A stretch of DNA of 64,000 nucleotides from an uncultured Pirellulales bacterium (GCA_964580995.1 CAZOMV010000014.1:1306-65305); one strand, 5' to 3'. Counted from the first letter of the stretch, positions 54,584 to 64,000 are shown. Translations and numbers: made by a program. Notes: generated by a model from the sequence alone, not told the origin.

Positions 54584-55375
54584 ATGAAAACAGATCTAGG
54601 TAATAAAATAGCTGTCATAACCGGAGCGGCCGGCGGTATCGGCAAAGCATGTGCCAAAATATTATTGGAGAATACCGCCACGGTCGTAATAACCGATATC
54701 CAGGATGAAAAAGGCCGGCAAACCATTGCCGAATTCGCTTCGATTGGGACGTGCCGCTATATTCATACCGATGTTACTTCCCGAAAAGAGGTAAAAAATC
54801 TGATCGATACCGTGATAGCGGAATTTGGCCGAATCGATATCTTTATCAATAATGCGGGAATCAATTCCGGTTTCCATAGAGTCGATATCGATGCCTTTCC
54901 CCAGGAGGAGTGGGAAAAGATTGTAGGGGTGGATCTTACGGGTGCCTTTATTTGCTCCCAGTTCGCGTCTCAGGTTATGATTCAACAAAAATATGGAACG
55001 ATAATCAACATTGGCTCGGTTTTCGGATCGGTTCCCGCGCGGAAACAAATTGCATTTGTTGCCGCCAAAGGAGGTTTGCACAACATGACCAAAGGCATGG
55101 CCCTGGAACTGGCCCCTTATAACATTACCGTGAATGGGGTGGCGCCGGGCAGTACGTTAACCATGGATCCCAAACTATTTTTTGGTGAAAACGATCCCGC
55201 CATAGCCCAACGAGCGCAGGGAATATTGTCTCATATCCCCTTGAAACGTTTGGCCATGCCGGAAGATATCGCCAATGCGGTGCTCTTCCTGGCTGCCGAG
55301 GAAAGCCGGTATATCACCGGACATATTTTGACCGTGGACGGCGGCTGGACGTGCGGATATACCCGCGATTTTTGA
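54584..55375 (+). CDS. Short-chain dehydrogenase/reductase with atypical FxxxK catalytic motif
   Basis: TGAAGGIG, NNAG, NIGS, AFVAAK, VNGVAPG, ITG..L.VDGG. Confidence 0.9.
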   Translation: MKTDLGNKIAVITGAAGGIGKACAKILLENTATVVITDIQDEKGRQTIAEFASIGTCRYIHTDVTSRKEVKNLIDTVIAEFGRIDIFINNAGINSGFHRVDIDAFPQEEWEKIVGVDLTGAFICSQFASQVMIQQKYGTIINIGSVFGSVPARKQIAFVAAKGGLHNMTKGMALELAPYNITVNGVAPGSTLTMDPKLFFGENDPAIAQRAQGILSHIPLKRLAMPEDIANAVLFLAAEESRYITGHILTVDGGWTCGYTRDF

Positions 55376-55400
55376 TAAAAAAGAGTTAGGAGTAAACGAT

Positions 55401-56186
55401 ATGCGGCTAGGACGATTCCTCGACCAAAACAATCAGATATTTTATGGAATAATCAAGGAGGATACCATTCACGGGATAGATGGCGACATTTTCGATCGAT
55501 GGGAAAAAACCGACCGAACGATAGCGGCGGCGGATGTCCGATTCTTGGCGCCTGTTATGCCGGTCAATATTTTTGCCCTGGGACTGAATTACAAAAGCCA
55601 CACGGCTCAGTGCCAGCAAGAGATCCCGTCCCGCCCGGAATTTTTTCTCAAGGCCACTTCCTGTGTCACCGGGCACGGTTCGCCGATCCTGATTCCGAAA
55701 TGGGCCTCCAGCCAGGTGGACTATGAAGCGGAAATGGCAATCGTGATCAAAAAGACCGCCCGCAATATCACGGAAAAAGAAGCCCCGGATTACATACTGG
55801 GTTATACCTGCGGCAACGATGTCAGCGCCCGCGATTGCCAGCTACAGGATCTGCAATGGTCCCGCGGGAAATCCTTCGAAACCTTTGGTCCTCTAGGCCC
55901 CTGGATCGAAACGGACCTGGATCCCGGCCATTGCCATCTGCGCTGCTGGGTGAATGACGAACTGCGGCAGGATTCCATTACTTCGATGATGATTTTCCCC
56001 GCTGCGCATATTGTCAGTTACCTGTCTCGCTGTACAACGCTTCTGCCGGGAACCGTCATTTTTTCGGGAACCCCCAGCGGCTGCGGCGGGCATATCAATC
56101 CCCAGGTCTGGCTGAAACCCGGCGATGTGGTAAAAATCGAGATAGAAGGCATAGGAATTTTACAAAATCCGGTAGCCGAAGCTTGA
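55401..56186 (+). CDS. Fumarylacetoacetate hydrolase family protein
   Basis: GLNY..H, DYEAE, GYTCGNDVSARD, RGKSF.TF.PLGP, TL.PG.VI.SGTP.G. Confidence 0.93.
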   Translation: MRLGRFLDQNNQIFYGIIKEDTIHGIDGDIFDRWEKTDRTIAAADVRFLAPVMPVNIFALGLNYKSHTAQCQQEIPSRPEFFLKATSCVTGHGSPILIPKWASSQVDYEAEMAIVIKKTARNITEKEAPDYILGYTCGNDVSARDCQLQDLQWSRGKSFETFGPLGPWIETDLDPGHCHLRCWVNDELRQDSITSMMIFPAAHIVSYLSRCTTLLPGTVIFSGTPSGCGGHINPQVWLKPGDVVKIEIEGIGILQNPVAEA

Positions 56187-56199
56187 AAAAGAGGTGCCT

Positions 56200-57378
56200 A
56201 TGAACACTAACAGAATAAACGAACTAATAAAAATATATCATGACGGTTTACTGAATGATACCATTCCGTTCTGGATGAAACATACGATCGACAGGGAGTG
56301 CGGCGGCTTTTTGAATTATCTGGATCAGGACGGAACGGTTCTGAATTATGACAAGCCGGTCTGGGTGCTGGGCCGATTTACCTGGGTTACCGCTATGCTC
56401 TACAATCAGGTGGAAAAACGGCCGGAATGGCTGGCTACTTCGAAGCATGGGATCGAGTTTCTGGAAAAATACTGTTTTGATACGGACGGGCGCATGTTTT
56501 TTGAAGTTACCCGGGATGGCCGACCGCTGCGAAAACGAAGGTATGTTTTCTCGGAAACATTCGGGGTCATGGCTTTTTCGGAATATGGGCTGGCCGCCCG
56601 GGATGAGATAAGGCTGGACCAGGCGAAAAAGCTATACCGATTGGTCGTCCGCTATCACGATAATCCGGAACTGCTGCCTCCGAAAATCTTCCCGCAAACT
56701 CGGCAAACCAAGAGTCACGCCTTGGCGATGATCCTGCTTTGTATCTCCCAGCAGATGCGCAAAGTAGATGCCAATCCCCTGTATGATGAAATCATCGACC
56801 GCTGCCTGCAGGAAGTATTTCACGATTTTATGAAATACGACGAAAAGGCCCTTTTTGAAACGGTGGGAGTCCATGGGCAGCGGCTGGACAGTGTGGAGGG
56901 CCGCTGTATCAATCCGGGCCATGCCATCGAAACCGCCTGGTTTATCATGGAAGAATCCCGGCACCGGCAGGACCGGGACTTGCTGGAAAAGGCCTGCCTG
57001 ATTCTGGACTGGTCGCTGGAGCTGGGCTGGGATAAGGAATATGGCGGCCTGTTGTATTTTGTGGATATCGAAGGCAAACCGGCGGAACAATATGAACACG
57101 ATATGAAACTCTGGTGGCCGCATAACGAGGCGATCTACGCCTGCCTGCTGGCTTATCATCTTACGGGCGATACCAAATATGAACAGTGGCATCAAAAGCT
57201 GCATGACTATGCCTACTCGCATTTCCCGGACCGGAAAAACGGAGAATGGTTTAAATACCTCCATCGGGACGGCACGCTTTCTTCCACCGTCAAAGGAAAT
57301 CGTTGGGCTGGGCCGTTCCATCTATCCCGGATGCAGTTCAACTGCTGGAAACTGCTGGAAGAAATGAAAAATACCTAG
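56200..57378 (+). CDS. N-acylglucosamine 2-epimerase (AGE family)
   Basis: PFW...D...GGF, RKRRY.FSE, NPGHAIE, KLWWPHNEA, GEWF.YLHRDG, GPFH. Confidence 0.92.
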   Translation: MNTNRINELIKIYHDGLLNDTIPFWMKHTIDRECGGFLNYLDQDGTVLNYDKPVWVLGRFTWVTAMLYNQVEKRPEWLATSKHGIEFLEKYCFDTDGRMFFEVTRDGRPLRKRRYVFSETFGVMAFSEYGLAARDEIRLDQAKKLYRLVVRYHDNPELLPPKIFPQTRQTKSHALAMILLCISQQMRKVDANPLYDEIIDRCLQEVFHDFMKYDEKALFETVGVHGQRLDSVEGRCINPGHAIETAWFIMEESRHRQDRDLLEKACLILDWSLELGWDKEYGGLLYFVDIEGKPAEQYEHDMKLWWPHNEAIYACLLAYHLTGDTKYEQWHQKLHDYAYSHFPDRKNGEWFKYLHRDGTLSSTVKGNRWAGPFHLSRMQFNCWKLLEEMKNT

Positions 57379-57388
57379 CAAAAAGGGA

Positions 57389-58204
57389 ATGGATATCATG
57401 CACAAAGAAATCCTTCAGATGTTTGATCTTACCGGCCAGGTTTCGCTCATTATCGGCGGAGCGCGGGATCTGGGTTTTGACATGGCCTCCACGCTGGCTG
57501 GGGCCGGCAGTCATCTGGTCATCACTTCGCGTAATTATCAAAGAGCCGGGCAGTCCGCCCAGAAACTCCAGGAAAAATACCAGGTGGAGGTGCTGGCGCT
57601 GGAACTGGACCATACTAACGCCGGGCAGGTTCAAGAGGCAGCCGTCCGGGCTGAACAATGGAAGGGAAAGATTGATATTCTGGTCAACAATGCCGGCGGC
57701 GGGTCCGGCCAGCCGCCTAGCCGGCTGTTTGAGAAATCGCCCGATCAGGTGGCGGATTTGATTCAGCAGAATCTGACCGGAACCCTATATTGCTGCCGGG
57801 AGGTGGGAAAAATCATGAGCCGGCAGGGCCGGGGCAAAATCATAAATATTGCCTCCGTGGCCGGCATCCTGGGTCGCGACCGCCGCATGTATGACCGCAG
57901 CCACATACAGGGGCAGTCCATCGACTACGCGGCGGCCAAAGCCGGAATTATTGGTATGACCAGAGATTTAGCCGCTTATCTCTCGCCGATGGGGATTTAT
58001 GTAAATTGTATTTCACCCGGCGGGTTCGCGCGCAATCTGCCGGAAAGTTTCGTAAAGGAGTACAGTGACCGCACCCCCCTGGGCAGGATGGGCCGCGACG
58101 GGATCGATCTGAATGGGGCGGTCTTGTTTCTGGCTTCGTCCGCTTCCGACTATGTGACCGGACACAACCTGGTGGTGGACGGAGGATTTACCATATGGCA
58201 GTAA
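57389..58204 (+). CDS. Short-chain dehydrogenase/reductase (gluconate 5-DH/KduD-like)
   Basis: GGARDLG, NNAG, YAAAK, TPLGRMG, VTGHNLVVDGG. Confidence 0.9.
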   Translation: MDIMHKEILQMFDLTGQVSLIIGGARDLGFDMASTLAGAGSHLVITSRNYQRAGQSAQKLQEKYQVEVLALELDHTNAGQVQEAAVRAEQWKGKIDILVNNAGGGSGQPPSRLFEKSPDQVADLIQQNLTGTLYCCREVGKIMSRQGRGKIINIASVAGILGRDRRMYDRSHIQGQSIDYAAAKAGIIGMTRDLAAYLSPMGIYVNCISPGGFARNLPESFVKEYSDRTPLGRMGRDGIDLNGAVLFLASSASDYVTGHNLVVDGGFTIWQ

Positions 58205-59187
58205 AAAGAAAAATCGCCGTGGTCGGCCTGGGTTCTATCGGGAAACGCCATGCCCGCTTATGGAAAGAACGTGAAGAATTTAGTGTAGAAGGGGTGGAGC
58301 CGGACAAAAAAATCATTTCCGCGGCAAAAAAGGAAATAGGCGATTTACCCATCCATTCGGATTTCGACCGGATGCTAAAAACGCAGCCGGAGATCGTTCT
58401 GATTGCCACGCCGCACGGCCTCCATGCCGAACAAACCATTCAGGCCCTGAACGCCGGCTGTCATGTTTTTTGTGAAAAGCCCATGAGCAACCGCCTGGAT
58501 ACTGCCCGGAAAATGAAGGCGGCCGCGGATCGTTCGGAGAAAATTCTGAATATCGGCTTTCACTTTCATTTCCATCCGGCCCTGCAAAAACTGAAAAGTC
58601 TGATTGCCAAAGGCGCCCTGGGGCAGGTACTTCATGCCTATGTGCGGGTTGGAACCTATCAAACGCTGGTCTGTTCCCAGTCCCGCTACCAGTGCCGGCA
58701 GGAAGGGGCACTCATGTTTGATTATGCCCACCAGCCGGATATTCTCTATTGGATGCTGAACGAAAAGCCGGCGGCGGTGGTGGCCCAGGCCGCCCAGGCG
58801 GGTGATTTTGCCTTGTCGTCCAATCCGAACTTTATTGATATTTTGTGCCGTTATGATTCGCCCCTGATGACGGCTATCCACCTGAACTATGCCCAAAGGC
58901 CCGACCGGCATGAATATGAAATCGTGGGCGACCAGGGCTGGGCCATACTGGATGTCTTCCAGGGATCTTTAAAAACCGCGCGGCACGGTCATGCGGCCGT
59001 AAAGACCCAAAAAATCTGCGTGGAACGAGACGATATCTACCGTGCTGAACATCAGGCCTTTTTGGATGCGGTAGATGGGAAAAGGAAACCAGAAACTTCA
59101 GCCGCGGACGGCCTGATCTCCGTGGCGGTGTGCCAGGCCGCCCTCGAATCCTGGAAAAAAGGCCGATGGATTTCCATAGTTGTTTGA
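58195..59187 (+). CDS. Gfo/Idh/MocA family oxidoreductase
   Basis: GLGSIG.RH, IATP..LH, HVFCEKP, D..H..D. Confidence 0.92.
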   Translation: MAVKRKIAVVGLGSIGKRHARLWKEREEFSVEGVEPDKKIISAAKKEIGDLPIHSDFDRMLKTQPEIVLIATPHGLHAEQTIQALNAGCHVFCEKPMSNRLDTARKMKAAADRSEKILNIGFHFHFHPALQKLKSLIAKGALGQVLHAYVRVGTYQTLVCSQSRYQCRQEGALMFDYAHQPDILYWMLNEKPAAVVAQAAQAGDFALSSNPNFIDILCRYDSPLMTAIHLNYAQRPDRHEYEIVGDQGWAILDVFQGSLKTARHGHAAVKTQKICVERDDIYRAEHQAFLDAVDGKRKPETSAADGLISVAVCQAALESWKKGRWISIVV

Positions 59188-59216
59188 GTGGAAAAAAAGA
59201 AAAGAAAGGAAATAGT

Positions 59217-60116
59217 ATGAGTTCCAAGCTAAAAGGTGTGTTTCCGGCCATTACCAGCCCATGCGATAAAAAGGAGCGTTTTCTCGAAGACGAATTTTCC
59301 GCTTTGGCCACGGATTTATACCAGCAGGGCGTACACGGGCTGTATGTGTGCGGCAATACCGGCGACGGCTATCTTATGTCCCTGCCGGACCGCAAGCGGG
59401 CCGCGGAATTGGCCGTTCAGGTATCACGGGAATTCAACGGCAAGGTCATCGTCCATATCGGCACCCTGAATACGCGGGACGCGGTGGACCTGGCAATTCA
59501 CGCCGCCGAATTGCAGGTAGCCGCCATTTCCAGCATGCCGCCGGTAAATCGCAGTTTCCCCCAGGTCTATGGCTATTACAAGGATATCGCCCTGGCGGCC
59601 GGCCTGCCCCTGCTGATCTATTATATTCCGGTGGTAACCCATCATACCTTTTCCTTCGAGGAAATGCTGCAATTGCTGGATATCGAAGGCGTCGCCGGCC
59701 TGAAATATACCGACTGGAATTTATTTAACATGAAGCGGCTGATCCTGGCCCGGTCCGGCATAACCGTATTCAACGGCTGCGACGAAATTTTCTGCCTGGG
59801 GCTGCTGTACGGCAGTGACGGCGGGATTGGAACCACCTACAACTTGTTCCCCCGGCATTTTGTCGGTATCTACGAGGCCATCCAAAAAAACGACATCGTT
59901 CGAGCTATGCAATTGCAGGATGGCCTGAGTTCCTTTTTCGATTTTCTGTATCGCAATGGTTTATATCCCATTTTTGAACATCTTCTGGCCCAGCACGGCT
60001 ACGGCCAGCGGACCTATCGCAAACCCTTTATCCCGTTGGATCCGGCGGTCCTGAAAAATATCGAGCCGGAATTGCATGTCCGAATGGAAGCCATGACTAA
60101 ACTAGTATCGGAGTAG
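59217..60116 (+). CDS. N-acetylneuraminate lyase-like (DapA/NanA family) aldolase
   Basis: GVFPA.., GLYVCGNTGD, YYIP, GLKYT (Schiff-base Lys), G.DE, GGIGTTYN. Confidence 0.88.
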   Translation: MSSKLKGVFPAITSPCDKKERFLEDEFSALATDLYQQGVHGLYVCGNTGDGYLMSLPDRKRAAELAVQVSREFNGKVIVHIGTLNTRDAVDLAIHAAELQVAAISSMPPVNRSFPQVYGYYKDIALAAGLPLLIYYIPVVTHHTFSFEEMLQLLDIEGVAGLKYTDWNLFNMKRLILARSGITVFNGCDEIFCLGLLYGSDGGIGTTYNLFPRHFVGIYEAIQKNDIVRAMQLQDGLSSFFDFLYRNGLYPIFEHLLAQHGYGQRTYRKPFIPLDPAVLKNIEPELHVRMEAMTKLVSE

Positions 60117-60118
60117 AA

Positions 60119-61234
60119 ATGACCTCGCGTGAAAGAACCCTTATCGCGTTACGATGCGGCCAGCCGGACCGCGTGCCGATCCAGGTTTTCGGCACCCAGG
60201 GTTATACCCCCGAATTGGAAACCTATGGCGATAACTATCGCCAACTGCTGGCCTATGCCCGCGAAAAAGCGGATATGCTGTATAACTGGATCGAACCGCT
60301 GGAACAATGCTGGTCGGGAATGTATTCCGCCGCCCCCCTGCAAAAACGCATGGAAAACAAAAACGGAATCCTGGTCAAAACCCTCCTTCTGGATACCCCC
60401 GCCGGTCCCCTGATGCAGATTTCCGAAAGTGACGATCAGACCGTAAGCAACCTGAAGCTGCGGAAACCCTTTGTCGAAAATGACCGGGATTTTGAAAAAC
60501 TGATGTCCATCCCCTTTACCCCCTATCGGCCCAAAACCGACGGTTATCACCAATTGCGAAAAAAAGTAAATGACAACAACGTGGTTTCCCTCGTTTTGCC
60601 CGAACCGATTGCCATAGCGGGTTTGTATTTACCGCCGACGGAATTTATCCTGTGGACCATCGATCAGAAGGAAAAACTCCACGCCCTGCTGGATAAAATC
60701 AGAAAGAATATGGAAGATTATGTTGGGTATCTGCTTTCAAATAAAATCGGGGAAGTGTTCTGGCTCAGCGGCGCGGAAGAAGTGGTCCCGCCCCTGGGGC
60801 CGCCGGACAACTTTGATGAATTTGTCGCCGCTTACCATAAATCGGTTGTGGCCATGATTCACGACCACGGCGGACTGGTGATTTTGCATTGCCACGGCTC
60901 CATCAAAAAGATTATTCACAAAATCCGAGATGGCGGTTACGATGCCCTCCAGCCGGTGGAGGCCCCGCCCATGGGGGATATCACCATGGCCCAGGCCAAA
61001 CAGGTCGCCAAAGGCAAAATGTGCCTGATCGGCAATATCCAGGTCGGCGATCTCTATACCTCGACCCCGGAAAAAATCGATGCCCTTTGCCGGGAAACCA
61101 TCGAGCAGGCCAAACCGGACGGCGGTTTCATTTTAGGAATCACCGCCTCCCATTTTTCCGCCTCGATGGACAATCGCACCCTGGCCAATTATCTGGCCTA
61201 CATCGATGCTGGCAGAAAATATGGGAAATACTGA
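60119..61234 (+). CDS. URO-D/MtaA-CmuA fold protein
   Basis: MTSRER....PDRVP, TPAG.L, G.E...PP...P..FDEFV, LHCHG, PVEAPPMGD, GGFIL. Confidence 0.88.
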   Translation: MTSRERTLIALRCGQPDRVPIQVFGTQGYTPELETYGDNYRQLLAYAREKADMLYNWIEPLEQCWSGMYSAAPLQKRMENKNGILVKTLLLDTPAGPLMQISESDDQTVSNLKLRKPFVENDRDFEKLMSIPFTPYRPKTDGYHQLRKKVNDNNVVSLVLPEPIAIAGLYLPPTEFILWTIDQKEKLHALLDKIRKNMEDYVGYLLSNKIGEVFWLSGAEEVVPPLGPPDNFDEFVAAYHKSVVAMIHDHGGLVILHCHGSIKKIIHKIRDGGYDALQPVEAPPMGDITMAQAKQVAKGKMCLIGNIQVGDLYTSTPEKIDALCRETIEQAKPDGGFILGITASHFSASMDNRTLANYLAYIDAGRKYGKY

Positions 61235-61283
61235 CATAATACTTATTATCTAATAATTTGGGAAATTTGTATAAGGATTGAAT

Positions 61284-62264
61284 ATGTTCAAAGTAGCTGT
61301 TACCGATTACGGATTTGAAAACCTGGATGTGGAAAAAAGCGTTCTGGAACCATTGGGATGTTCTCTAGTCGGGCATAAGAAATACCAGGGCGAGCAGGCA
61401 TTAATTGATCTGGTATCGGATGCCGATGCGGTCATTACCCAGTTTGCCCCCGTAACCGCTGCGGTAATCCATGCCCTGAGAAAAGCCAGGGTAATCGTCC
61501 GCTATGGAATCGGCTACGACAATGTAGATTGTAAAACAGCGGCGGCCAAGTGGATTCCGGTGTGCAATGTCCCGGACTTTTGTATCGACGAAGTGGCGGA
61601 TCATACCCTGGCCCTGATCCTGGAAGTAACCCGGAAAATCGCCCTCTCTTGGAATTCGATTCGAAGGGGAGAATGGAAATTGCCTTTTCCGCTGGAGCAA
61701 ATGTTTGCCCTGAAAAAACTGACGGTCGGCCTGATCGCCTATGGAAAAATAGGAAGAGAAGTAGCTCTGCGTCTGAAAAATTTTAAATGCAAAATCATGG
61801 TCCACGATCCGTTCGTCGAGGATGCCGTAATTCGCAGGGATGGATTCCATCCAGCCGCCCTGGATGAAATGTTTGCCGAAAGCGATTTGCTTTCCCTGCA
61901 TTGTCCCAGCAGCGCCCAGACCCAATATATGATTAATTCCGATAGTATCCGGAAAATGAAAAAAGGGGTTATCCTGGTCAACTGCTCCCGGGGAACCCTG
62001 GTGAAAACACCCGACCTGGTCGAAGCCCTGCAAAACGGCCGAATCAGCGCAGCCGCCCTGGATGTCACCGATCCGGAACCGCTCCCCCCAGGTCATCCTC
62101 TTCTGAAAATGGACAATGTGGTCATTAACGGCCATTGTGCCTCCGGCAGTGTGGAGGCGGTTCAGTCCCTGCGAATTTCCGTGGCCCATACCGTCGCCTG
62201 TGCCCTGCAAAACAAAAAACTACCCAATATTGTAAACGGTATTCAACAGGTAGCTAAAATGTAG
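61284..62264 (+). CDS. D-isomer-specific 2-hydroxyacid dehydrogenase (CtBP/SerA-like)
   Basis: RYGIGYDNVD, NVPDFC..EVADH, YGKIG, HCP, VNCSRG, AALDV..PEP, H. Confidence 0.93.
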   Translation: MFKVAVTDYGFENLDVEKSVLEPLGCSLVGHKKYQGEQALIDLVSDADAVITQFAPVTAAVIHALRKARVIVRYGIGYDNVDCKTAAAKWIPVCNVPDFCIDEVADHTLALILEVTRKIALSWNSIRRGEWKLPFPLEQMFALKKLTVGLIAYGKIGREVALRLKNFKCKIMVHDPFVEDAVIRRDGFHPAALDEMFAESDLLSLHCPSSAQTQYMINSDSIRKMKKGVILVNCSRGTLVKTPDLVEALQNGRISAAALDVTDPEPLPPGHPLLKMDNVVINGHCASGSVEAVQSLRISVAHTVACALQNKKLPNIVNGIQQVAKM

Positions 62265-62267
62265 CCC

Positions 62268-62420
62268 ACCATCGGACCTTCTTCCAACGCCAGATACTTC
62301 GTGCCGCCCAGCGAATCCAACACCTGAACCATGGCCGGGATCATCGCCGGCACCGTGTAATGAGCTGCGATCTTGCCGCCTTTTTCCACCGCCAGCTCCG
62401 TACGGTGATTTTGCACAATC
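62268..62420 (-). pseudogene. IS110-family transposase 5' fragment
   Basis: Manual translation ...TELAVEKGGKIAAHYTVPAMIPAMVQVLDSLGGTKYLALEEGPM resembles the DEDD N-terminal domain; no start or first Asp, truncated. Confidence 0.55.
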
Positions 62421-62424
62421 GTGC

Positions 62425-62443
62425 CACGGCTGTGTCAGCCGTG
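62425..62443. repeat. REP-like palindrome
   Basis: (GTGC)CACGGCTG-tgt-CAGCCGTG. Confidence 0.55.
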
Positions 62444-62668
62444 CTTTCTTCCAGTAACTGGAGCGAAAGCGTCTCATGGGTCCGCCGGCAATTGCTGACT
62501 ATTGTCATACTTGAAAAAGAGCAGAATCTTGCCTTTATCGGTCGTGTCGCATTCGGTCTTTTGCGAGTGGCTGTCAAACAGCGGCCAGATTTCCAGATTC
62601 TCATTAAAAACGGTTTTCTCGCCCTTACCGTCAAAGGTTTGGTCATGAATAGGGGGGCATCAGTTTAT

Positions 62669-64000
62669 TTATTTTTCTCTTTTCTCTTCCCCCGCCGCCG
62701 GCTGGCTGGGAGGCAGGTTTCGGATATGATCTTGCTGCCTGGATTGAGTAGAATACGTTTTCAGGGCCTCTTGAATAATCGCTTTTTCATCCACGTCGTC
62801 CGGGCTTTCGGGGGTAAGCAAAAATCTGCCGTCCGGTCCAATCAGAAAATCCACCGGTGCCCGATCGTTTACTCCATAGTCGGCGGAAATTTTAGATTTA
62901 AGTCCTATTCGCACCTGGGGCCAGGTAAGGGCATACTTATCAATGTGTTTGCGAAGCTGACCGTCTGATTCATCCATACTCAGTCCGATCATCTCAAAAT
63001 TCTCACCCAGCCATTTTTCCATTTCCGCGTAATATTTCTTCAATCCCGGCGTACCGGCTACGCAAGGCCGGCACCAGGTCGCCCAGAAGTGAAGCAGTAC
63101 CACCTTGCCGCGATAATCGGAAAAGGTTCAGTTCCCTGCCGTCGAGTGTCGTTGTGCTAAAGACGGGTGCGACAGCGACTTCGGCTGGTATATTTACGTT
63201 CTTTTTCGATGCTACAACGAGTTCTTTGTCCTGCTCCGCGATGAACGAGTTGAGATTGGGCAGACTGTTTTTGAGCCGATTTATTGCTGCCGGGCTGAAA
63301 TTGTTGCTGGAATAAATTACCAGCCTTGTTAGTGCCTTTAATTCTTCCAGATTCTTTAGTCCCTCATCCGTAATATTCCCCGCTATCGTCATATTATCCA
63401 TTCGCTTCATATCTTTCAGATAGGCAAGGCTCTTATCCGTCAAATAGGGGCTGCCTATGGCAAGCCGATCCATATTAGTAAGTCCGGCCAGATTCGTCAT
63501 GCCAGCGTCGGTTATCCTGTTTTTTAATCCGATTTGCAGCCATTTCAGATTTTTAAGGTTTGCCAGAGATGCCAGATCCTCATCACAAAACTCATCTTGG
63601 ACCAGCTTGTCGTCTTTTCGTTTTACCTGTAGAGTAAGTCCGAGTTTTTCGAGTTTTGTTAATCCACTTATATTGATTGTGGTATTATCTTTTATGATAC
63701 CATGTACATTTAGTTCTCTTAATTCCTTCAATTGGTTAAGACATGCTAAATCTGAGATGGTCATTTTATTTGATCTGGAATTGGAAACATCCAGTTTTTT
63801 CAAAGAACTCAGGGAAGTCAGTTTGGAGAGTCCTTCCTTCGTTATAGGGCACCCATATATCGAAAGTGACTGTAGGTTTGTCAATTTGGCAATGTCAGAT
63901 ATTCCATTATCAGTTACACCAAGACCTCCTATCCGGAGGTCTTCAAGGCGGTTCAGTTTAGTCAATTCTTTAAGACCCTCGTCGGTATAATGCTCTATAT
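62669..64000 (-). pseudogene. Leucine-rich-repeat protein fused to TlpA-like thioredoxin, frameshifted at ~63122 (5' end outside window)
   Basis: LRRs (ITD.GL..L..L..L..L.I) in ORF 63003-63965, open to the window edge; removing one T of CTTTTCC restores [36 protein letters not shown]. Confidence 0.85.

Noticed and set aside
62360-62968. 202-aa + strand ORF and 101-aa minus ORF 62341-62646
   Set aside because: They span debris and the antisense of the TlpA domain, with no recognisable motifs
1-64000. CRISPR array, tRNA, rRNA, prophage, integron
   Set aside because: No regularly spaced direct repeats, cloverleafs, rRNA signatures, phage structural genes or integrase were seen by eye

Overview
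Bacterial chromosomal segment, most likely an anaerobic planctomycete (Phycisphaerae/Sedimentisphaerales-like). That placement is inferred from the PEP-CTERM protein, GLUG/LamG/LTD-CotH secreted proteins, many dockerin-like tails and expanded URO-D proteins. Left part: housekeeping genes (rpsT, def, ROK kinase, ribD, gltX, pfkB-family kinase, thpR) interspersed with secreted proteins, with a low-GC EcoRV-like restriction-modification pair inserted after gltX. Middle: a partial type IV pilus/T2SS cluster (4 prepilins, PilM-like, secretin, TPR lipoprotein) running into a histidine kinase, receiver protein and HD-GYP phosphodiesterase. Right part (~36.6-62.3 kb): a glycan/sugar-acid utilisation island with shuffled LamG proteins, an LTD-CotH protein, a FadR regulator, a GH36 enzyme, NanE/NanA-like enzymes, several dehydrogenases and three URO-D-fold proteins. 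It ends at an IS110-like remnant and a frameshifted LRR-TlpA gene. Best candidates for undescribed biology: (1) a Cys-clamped single-EF-hand 'half-dockerin' tail on many unrelated secreted proteins, interchangeable with PEP-CTERM; (2) a Asp-Pro-Asn motif concentrated in exported proteins; (3) an XRE-like HTH inserted in glutamyl-tRNA synthetase; (4) a sialic-acid-like catabolic operon built around URO-D-fold enzymes with no corrinoid partner. No tRNA, rRNA or CRISPR array was seen. All family calls come from motif recognition by eye, with no database search.
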